In this document: piece after piece, positions 24,554 through 32,000 of the stretch
Position numbering within the stretch: position 1 is the first letter of the stretch
Layout: each line of letters starts with the position of its first letter
NCBI RefSeq assembly: GCF_000425205.1
Contig: NZ_KE384328.1
Location: 157,296 to 189,295, forward strand
Origin: Pontibacillus halophilus JSM 076056 = DSM 19796
GTDB taxonomy: Bacteria; Bacillota; Bacilli; Bacillales; BH030062
Direction: 5' to 3'
DNA length: 32,000 nucleotides
The notes under the pieces: generated by a model
Seen by the model: only the letters and a program-made list of their open reading frames with translations
What the model was told of the DNA's origin: nothing
The model's database searches: none
Program-made: the position numbers and the translations under genes

Positions 24554-25348
24554 ATGAAAAGGGATATTCGTGACGTTCGTAAAAGCATTGCGAAACGAAA
24601 GCAAGTACGCGGTCTAAACGGCAAGGAAGAACAGAAAACGATTCACCCTTCACACGTCTCCTACTTGCAAGAAGAAGAGAGGCATGGGTATATGCCATTT
24701 ACAACAGGGGAGCCAGACCCAACTCGTGCAAAGGATGGGAAGCTTGTGTCTACGTTGCTCGTTCAATCCGTCTGTGCAGCAGTTCTGTTTTTAGGAGTGG
24801 CAACACTCTTTCGCTCTGATGTGGAGTTTCTTGAGAAGCCGAAATTATGGGCAGAGAGGACGCTGACAGAAGATTTTCAGTTTGCTACTGTGAATAGTTG
24901 GTACGAGGACAAATTTGGAGAACCGCTAACGTTCTTACCAAATGATCAAGCTCAAGCACCCCTCCCGGCTCAGTCATCCGATACGTATGCGCTCCCTGTA
25001 GCAGGAACAATCACCGAAACGTTCGAGATGAATGGGCAAGGGATTGTCATTGAAACAACTCAAGAAGAAGATATTTATGCGACAGATGAGGGCGTTGTCA
25101 CGTTCGCTGGAAAGACAGAAACGACAGATAATACAGTCATAATTCAACATGCTGATAAGAGTCAGTCCTACTACGGCTATTTATCTAGCATTAACGTCCA
25201 TCAATACGAGAATGTGGACCAGTCCACCCCAATTGGGAAGACAACGGCTGGTGAGAATGGAGAGCAACAACACGTCTACTTTGCCATTAAAAAAGGGGAT
25301 CAGTTTATCGATCCAGTAAAGGTGATGCAGGTTGATGAACAACCTTAA
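24554..25348 (+). CDS. spoIVFA: Stage IV sporulation protein FA (degenerate M23/LytM domain)
   Basis: 264 aa. Basic N-terminus, a single TM, and a C-terminal LytM-like domain (LPVAGTITETF...VIIQHADKSQSYYGYL). It overlaps the downstream M50 protease gene, as in the spoIVF operon. Confidence 0.85.
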   Translation: MKRDIRDVRKSIAKRKQVRGLNGKEEQKTIHPSHVSYLQEEERHGYMPFTTGEPDPTRAKDGKLVSTLLVQSVCAAVLFLGVATLFRSDVEFLEKPKLWAERTLTEDFQFATVNSWYEDKFGEPLTFLPNDQAQAPLPAQSSDTYALPVAGTITETFEMNGQGIVIETTQEEDIYATDEGVVTFAGKTETTDNTVIIQHADKSQSYYGYLSSINVHQYENVDQSTPIGKTTAGENGEQQHVYFAIKKGDQFIDPVKVMQVDEQP

Positions 25349-26195
25349 AGTATTTCACATTCATCCGCTTATGTGGTTCATCGTTGCGGTAGCATTGATG
25401 ACCGGTTCCTTTGCGCAGTTAGTCGTCATCTTTTCAATTGTATTTATTCATGAATTGGGCCATTACGGAATGGCTCTTTTTTTTCGGTGGCGTATTCAAT
25501 CGGTTATGCTTTGGCCTTTCGGTGGGGTCATGAAAACAGACGAACATCACTCGCGACCTTTCAAGGAGGAGCTGTTCGTCGTACTTAGTGGTCCTCTTCA
25601 ACATGTATGGATGTATGGGGTTATCGCTTTACTTGGTGTGTTCCAAGTGTTTACGGATTCATTGATTCAAGCTATGTATACCTACAATACAGTCATCCTT
25701 TTGTTCAACCTTCTCCCAATATGGCCGTTGGATGGAGGGAAACTATTTTTCTTAGTGCTTTCATATCTGAAGCCATTTCCGAAAGCTCAACAGGATGTTC
25801 TAGTCTGTTCCTTGTTCACATTAGTGACGGCTTTAGCCTTGTGTACATTTGTGTTTCCGTTTACGTTAAATCTTGTTCTCCTCATTGCTTTTCTCATGTG
25901 GGAAAATTGGATAGAATGGAAACAACGCCATTACGGGTTTTTGCGGTATTTATTGCGGCGACATGAAGAACGGGCAGAACGGGTGAAAGGAATAGAGCCA
26001 TTGTATGTCCCATTTGATATGACGCTCACTGAAATCTTCCAGAAATTCCGGCGTGGCATGCGACACCAAATCTATGTCACAACGTCTGATGGGAATCGCG
26101 TCATGCTTGATGAGAATGAATGCATGTATGCCTATTTCACATTAAAACGTTCTCAGGCGAAAGCATCGGATCTTGTTCAATGGTTTGGGACTTAG
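25335..26195 (+). CDS. spoIVFB: Stage IV sporulation pro-sigma-K processing metalloprotease SpoIVFB (M50 site-2 protease)
   Basis: HELGH (FIHELGHYGMA) and NLLPIWPLDGG motifs. Multi-TM with a C-terminal CBS-like region. ATG at 25335. Confidence 0.9.
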   Translation: MNNLKVFHIHPLMWFIVAVALMTGSFAQLVVIFSIVFIHELGHYGMALFFRWRIQSVMLWPFGGVMKTDEHHSRPFKEELFVVLSGPLQHVWMYGVIALLGVFQVFTDSLIQAMYTYNTVILLFNLLPIWPLDGGKLFFLVLSYLKPFPKAQQDVLVCSLFTLVTALALCTFVFPFTLNLVLLIAFLMWENWIEWKQRHYGFLRYLLRRHEERAERVKGIEPLYVPFDMTLTEIFQKFRRGMRHQIYVTTSDGNRVMLDENECMYAYFTLKRSQAKASDLVQWFGT

Positions 26196-26227
26196 AACGT
26201 ATTTATCGACATAAAGGAAGTAGAGAT

Positions 26228-27673
26228 ATGAAGCACATGTATATACACACCCTTGCCACAGAGAAGTGGGCAGTGGTAACAGAAGGGCGAGACATTGTAG
26301 ACCTCGTTGTAGAGCGTCCTTCAAAAGCGAGTCTTGTAGGAAACATTTATCAGGCTCGGGTCATTAACGTTGAGAAAAGTTTGGACGCTGGGTTCGTAGA
26401 TTATGGGGAAGAGAAGTTTGGGTTCTTAAAGCGCACTGAGATTCCAGAAGCTCGGCAACATGGACTACCCATTGAAAAGGCTGTTCATGAAGGTCAAGCT
26501 CTGTGGGTCCAAGTAACAAAAGATGCGTATGATTCAAAAGGCGCTCAAGTCACAGCTAATGTGACTTTACCTGGGCGCAATATGGTCTATCTTCCGTTTG
26601 GGGGATATGTAGCCATGTCTAGAAAGTTTCAGCAAGAAGAGCGCGAACAGCTTACATCTATCTTTAATGAGAAGTTGGGCGATGGAGAAGGACTTATTGT
26701 ACGTACCTCTGCGAAAGATAGAGACGAAGATGCGCTGTTAAATGAGTTACAACAACTGAGGAAGGATTGGGAGGAGATTACTTCTACTCCTAACAAGAAG
26801 CCTCCATTTATCGTGTACGAGGATAACGAAATTCCAAACCGCTTATTGAGCAGGTATCGCCCTGAGGAGATAGAAGGAATCTTCGTAGATGAAGCGGAAA
26901 TAAAGCAAGCTATTGTGAGCAAGTATTCTGAATTTCCAACACCAGTACTTCAAAGTGAATTAGAAGCATCGTTGCCAATCTCATTTACGGCTATTCGTGA
27001 ACGGATTGTCCAACGGAATGTTCCGTTGAAGAATGGGGCAGAGCTTATCATTGACCGCACCGAAGCGATGACCGTCATGGATGTGAATACGGCGAAGCGG
27101 ACAAAGACGGCTCACAAGGGGATGAACACACTTGAGACGAACCGTCTTGCTGCTACAGAAGCGGCCCGCCAAATTCGTCTTAGAAATCTATCTGGTATTA
27201 TCGTCATTGATTTCATTGATATGAAGAATGAACAAGAGCGGGCACAAGTTATCCATACCATGAAACAGGAGTTGAGAAAGGATCGAATTCGTACGGAGGT
27301 GTATGGGTTTACAAGGCTCGGTATATTAGAGTTAACTAGGAAGCGAGAGTCTGTATCATTGCCCCTTCTCTTTCTCGAAGAATGGAATTCAACTGTTTCA
27401 GCAGAGTCCCATGCGTATGATTGGGAGCGAGAATTATGGTCGTATCGCCGCAACGACCAAGATGTGATGTTGTATGAAGCGCGCCCTGATGTAGTTGAAG
27501 CATTTCACAATTCCATAGACTTAAAAAAATTACAATCTCATCTTTACAAAGAAGTCTATGTACTGAATAATAGGGAAAGTGATGTTCCATATCGAATCCG
27601 CTATGTGGGCAATAAAGACAGCATGAAAGAACGTCCGTTTTACAGCGATTCCGCTGTTGACAGGATGTTATGA
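26228..27673 (+). CDS. rng: Ribonuclease E/G family protein (RNase G-like)
   Basis: ATG at 26228 follows AAAGGAAG. S1 domain ([24 protein letters not shown]) and the catalytic-core pattern [10 protein letters not shown]...IVIDFIDM. About 481 aa. Confidence 0.88.
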   Translation: MKHMYIHTLATEKWAVVTEGRDIVDLVVERPSKASLVGNIYQARVINVEKSLDAGFVDYGEEKFGFLKRTEIPEARQHGLPIEKAVHEGQALWVQVTKDAYDSKGAQVTANVTLPGRNMVYLPFGGYVAMSRKFQQEEREQLTSIFNEKLGDGEGLIVRTSAKDRDEDALLNELQQLRKDWEEITSTPNKKPPFIVYEDNEIPNRLLSRYRPEEIEGIFVDEAEIKQAIVSKYSEFPTPVLQSELEASLPISFTAIRERIVQRNVPLKNGAELIIDRTEAMTVMDVNTAKRTKTAHKGMNTLETNRLAATEAARQIRLRNLSGIIVIDFIDMKNEQERAQVIHTMKQELRKDRIRTEVYGFTRLGILELTRKRESVSLPLLFLEEWNSTVSAESHAYDWERELWSYRRNDQDVMLYEARPDVVEAFHNSIDLKKLQSHLYKEVYVLNNRESDVPYRIRYVGNKDSMKERPFYSDSAVDRML

Positions 27674-27685
27674 TAATGGTAACAT
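27657..27685 (+). promoter_or_regulatory. Candidate sigma-A promoter of the rplU-prp-rpmA operon (inside the rng 3' end)
   Basis: TTGACA (27657-62), a 17-nt spacer, then an extended -10 TGgTAACAT (27677-85). Confidence 0.5.
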
Positions 27686-27691
27686 CAATAT

Positions 27692-27794
27692 GTTATGTCT
27701 CGTAGCACCAAGTGCTACAACCGCTCAAAACAGGTCTTTAAGTCCTTCGGGGCACCTGCATGGCGAGTCTGAGTGCAAGAGGAGGTGCAAGTAT
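27692..27794 (+). promoter_or_regulatory. L21-leader-like structured 5' UTR
   Basis: Hairpin gtagcac-caa-gtgctac (27702-18). A C(UUCG)G tetraloop hairpin lies at 27744-51 inside cagg../..cctg. GCACCU (27752-57) is complementary to the SD region AGGUGC (27783-88). The position matches the ribosomal-protein L21 leader described in Bacilli. Confidence 0.45.
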
Positions 27795-28103
27795 ATGTAC
27801 GCTATTATTGAAACTGGTGGCAAGCAGATCAAAGTAGAAGAAGGTCAAACAATCTACGTTGAGAAGCTAGAAGCTACTGATGGTGAATCCGTTAAGTTCG
27901 ACAAGGTACTTGTAGTAGGTGGCGACGAAACGAAAGTCGGCGCTCCTTACGTAGAAGGTGCTTCTGTAGAAGCTTCTGTTGAAAAAACAGACCGCGCTAA
28001 GAAGATCACTGTATTCAAATACAAGCCTAAGAAGAACTACAAGCGTAAACAAGGTCACCGTCAACCATACACGAAGCTTACTGTTAACAAAATTAACGGT
28101 TAA
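27795..28103 (+). CDS. rplU: 50S ribosomal protein L21
   Basis: [18 protein letters not shown]..., 102 aa. RBS GGAGGTG. Confidence 0.98.
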   Translation: MYAIIETGGKQIKVEEGQTIYVEKLEATDGESVKFDKVLVVGGDETKVGAPYVEGASVEASVEKTDRAKKITVFKYKPKKNYKRKQGHRQPYTKLTVNKING

Positions 28104-28114
28104 GGTAGTAACGG

Positions 28115-28444
28115 ATGATTGAAGTTACATTTACTCGCAAAGAAAATTCCATTGTAGCTTTCGAGCTTAGTGGACATGCAGAGAGTGGTCCTTATGGTTA
28201 CGATCTAGTCTGCGCTGCTGTGTCTGCTGTTTCTTTTGGAACAGTGAACGCCATCGTAGAACTATGTGAATTTGAACCTATTATTGAGCAGGGAGGAGAA
28301 GGTGGATACCTTCTGGTAGAACTACCGAAATACCTTACTGCCACTACTCAAGAAAAGGCTCAAACCTTAATTGAGGGAATGTGGGTTTCATTGCGAACAA
28401 TTGAACGTGACTATGGACAATATATTACCATCTCTTCAAAATAA
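28115..28444 (+). CDS. prp: Ribosomal-processing cysteine protease Prp (YsxB)
   Basis: [22 protein letters not shown] carries the His/Cys dyad context. It lies between rplU and rpmA. Confidence 0.93.
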   Translation: MIEVTFTRKENSIVAFELSGHAESGPYGYDLVCAAVSAVSFGTVNAIVELCEFEPIIEQGGEGGYLLVELPKYLTATTQEKAQTLIEGMWVSLRTIERDYGQYITISSK

Positions 28445-28458
28445 GGAGGTGCAAAGCC

Positions 28459-28752
28459 ATGCTACTTCGTCTAGATTTGCAATTCTTCTCTCAGAAGAAA
28501 GGTGCAGGTAACACGAAAAACGGTCGTGATTCCATTTCCAAGCGTTTAGGAGCTAAACGTGCGGACGGCCAACTCGCTACTGCAGGAGCAATCCTTTACC
28601 GCCAACGCGGTACGAAAATTTACCCAGGTAACAACGTGGGTATTGGTGGCGATGACACACTATTCGCTAAAGTTGACGGTGTGGTTAAGTTCGAACGCGT
28701 CGGACGTAACCGCAAGAAAGTTAGCGTATACCCTGTAGCTCAAGAAGCGTAA
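28459..28752 (+). CDS. rpmA: 50S ribosomal protein L27 (with a Firmicute N-terminal propeptide)
   Basis: [10 protein letters not shown]|[15 protein letters not shown]. The N-terminal extension matches the Prp-cleaved propeptide of Firmicute L27. Confidence 0.98.
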   Translation: MLLRLDLQFFSQKKGAGNTKNGRDSISKRLGAKRADGQLATAGAILYRQRGTKIYPGNNVGIGGDDTLFAKVDGVVKFERVGRNRKKVSVYPVAQEA

Positions 28753-28759
28753 ATCAGGT

Positions 28760-28796
28760 AAAGAACTCTAGCCTTCTGGTTAGGGTTCTTTTTTAT
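28760..28796 (+). terminator. Rho-independent terminator after rpmA
   Basis: aaagaactctagcc (28760-73) pairs with ggttagggttcttt (28778-91), with two G-U pairs, around the loop ttct. A T-run follows. Confidence 0.85.
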
Positions 28797-29031
28797 TTTA
28801 TTCAACCTTTCATGAAGCTGTGGTAGGGAGCGTTGTACGAATTGTAGAGGGACGTGAGCCTTGCCATAGATAGCGCGGATAGATGACCGATTTAATGAGA
28901 ATGTTTGCAAAGGTTCGTAACGACAGTTCCACACAGAACGCTGGAAATTGAAAACCGATTGTGGTTTATTTATTTTTCCTTCGTATATTTGCTATAATCT
29001 TAGTTAAATGATTGGTAAGGGAGCGGGAGTT

Positions 29032-30848
<1,817 letters not shown>

Positions 30849-30870
30849 AGTCGGTGAATGAGGTGGAAAT

Positions 30871-31320
30871 ATGGAGGAGAAAGAAGAACAGTTTTTTCTA
30901 GTGCGTAGTGATGTCCTTCCAGAATCTATGCAGAAGACGCTTGAAGCAAAGGCGTTGCTTGAGCGAGGAAAGGTCCATTCTGTTCATGAAGCGGTGCAAC
31001 GTGTTGACCTAAGTCGGAGTGCTTTCTATAAGTATAAAGATGCTGTATTCCCGTTCCATGCAATGGTGAAAGAGAAGATGATTACACTATTCTTTCACTT
31101 GGAAGACCGCTCAGGTACACTTTCCCAGTTGCTTCAGATGGTAGCAGATTCAGGATGTAACGTATTAACCATACACCAAACGATTCCGCTACAAGGAAAG
31201 GCGAACGTAACCCTTTCTTTGAACACGAGTGGAATGCATATGAATATAGAAGAGTTGATGCAACAATGTCGACGTCTTGATTTCGTCGATCGTGTTGAAG
31301 TATTGAGTAGTGGTGCGTAG
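30871..31320 (+). CDS. pheB: ACT domain-containing protein PheB (UPF0735)
   Basis: 149 aa with a C-terminal ACT fold ([33 protein letters not shown]). It lies between obg and pheA, as in B. subtilis. Confidence 0.88.
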   Translation: MEEKEEQFFLVRSDVLPESMQKTLEAKALLERGKVHSVHEAVQRVDLSRSAFYKYKDAVFPFHAMVKEKMITLFFHLEDRSGTLSQLLQMVADSGCNVLTIHQTIPLQGKANVTLSLNTSGMHMNIEELMQQCRRLDFVDRVEVLSSGA

Positions 31321-31336
31321 CTAAGGGGGATTCATT

Positions 31337-32000
31337 TTGTCAAAAGTGGGATATTTAGGACCAAAAGGAACGTTCACACATCAAGCGGTTCATGCGTTGT
31401 TCGACCAGCATGAGTTCTTGAGCTATCGGACTATCCCGGAGTGTCTTGATGCTGTAGAAAAAGGTGAGATTGATGTAGGTGTCGTTCCACTTGAGAACAC
31501 GATTGAAGGTACAGTACATTTAACGATTGATTACCTCATTCACCATGTAGATCTTCCAATTGTGGCTGAAGCGGATTTGCCAATCGAGCAACATTTACTT
31601 GTACCACATTCATTTGATGGGGACTTGTCTAAGGTGGAGGCCATCTATTCACATAGTCATGCCGTAGCTCAGTGCCATCAGTTTATTCACCATCAATGTG
31701 AACGAGCAGAAGTGGAATATTCTACGTCAACTGGAGAAGCTGCTCGTATGGTAAATGAAAAGGGCGGCAACATTGCTGCAATTGGGAACCGCCAGGCGGC
31801 AGAAGAGTACGGATTGAAGGTACTGAGGGAGAACATCCACGACTACCCAAATAATCATACTCGATTTGCCGTTGTCCAAAAAGGAAGCGAACCAATCGAA
31901 ATGCGTGAATTACGTGAAGTCAATCGTAAAACGACTATTTCAGTTACGTTGCCTAGTGATTATGCAGGTGCACTTCACCAAGTTCTTTCTGCATTTTCAT
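31337..32000 (+). CDS. pheA: Prephenate dehydratase (3' end lies outside the window)
   Basis: TTG at 31337 sits 6 nt after AAGGGGGA. VGYLGPKGTFTHQA N-terminus and a TRF motif (NNHTRFAVV). The frame stays open to the end of the window. Confidence 0.9.
   Translation, partial: MSKVGYLGPKGTFTHQAVHALFDQHEFLSYRTIPECLDAVEKGEIDVGVVPLENTIEGTVHLTIDYLIHHVDLPIVAEADLPIEQHLLVPHSFDGDLSKVEAIYSHSHAVAQCHQFIHHQCERAEVEYSTSTGEAARMVNEKGGNIAAIGNRQAAEEYGLKVLRENIHDYPNNHTRFAVVQKGSEPIEMRELREVNRKTTISVTLPSDYAGALHQVLSAFS

Noticed and set aside
4778-25966. Plus-strand alternate-frame ORFs embedded in genes (4778-4960, 18154-18357, 19743-19928, 22278-22508, 22527-22802, 25607-25966).
   Set aside because: They overlap recognisable genes in a different frame (the acidic protein, the SPOR protein, radC, mreC/mreD, spoIVFB). 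They have no independent RBS and no recognisable motifs.
26120-26227. The extended RNase E/G start at 26120, overlapping the spoIVFB 3' end. Likewise the extended rplU start at 27657, the mreB start at 20389 and the radC start at 19403.
   Set aside because: These extensions add residues absent from the conserved N-termini of these families. Internal starts with good SD sequences reproduce the canonical N-termini.

Overview
The window is a co-directional, all plus-strand stretch of a low-GC, endospore-forming Bacillaceae-type chromosome. No tRNA, rRNA, CRISPR array, transposase or integrase was recognised.

The right half (18.8-32 kb) is the conserved division and sporulation backbone, in the same order as Bacillus subtilis: maf-radC-mreBCD-minCD-spoIVFA-spoIVFB-(RNase E/G)-rplU-prp-rpmA-spo0B-obg-pheB-pheA.

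The left half (1-16.1 kb) is a complete type IV pilus (T4P) locus:
- two minor pilins and a large PilX_N/beta-helix protein
- a three-gene block with no recognisable pilus function: a hyper-acidic membrane protein, a double PRC-barrel protein and a degenerate VanW/G5 protein
- pilB-pilT-pilC, the major pilin pilA, then pilD-pilM-pilN-pilO

This locus is followed by a LysM-GH18 hydrolase and a SPOR-domain protein that sits at the spoIIB position.

The most interesting signal is in the 240-nt pilA leader. It carries the conserved core of a c-di-GMP-II riboswitch, and the 3' strand of that core doubles as the 5' arm of an intrinsic terminator, which predicts an ON switch. Two other features point to layered c-di-GMP control of the pilus: a GAF-GGDEF cyclase at the start of the locus, and an MshEN-like N-terminus on PilB.

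Other points of note:
- a ~120-nt nested imperfect palindrome between pilA and pilD
- a 36-bp in-frame tandem duplication in a minor pilin gene
- an L21-leader-like structure with an anti-SD segment
- unusually acidic C-terminal tails on many envelope proteins, suggesting a halophile

All calls come from reading the sequence and the supplied ORF translations. No database search was run.
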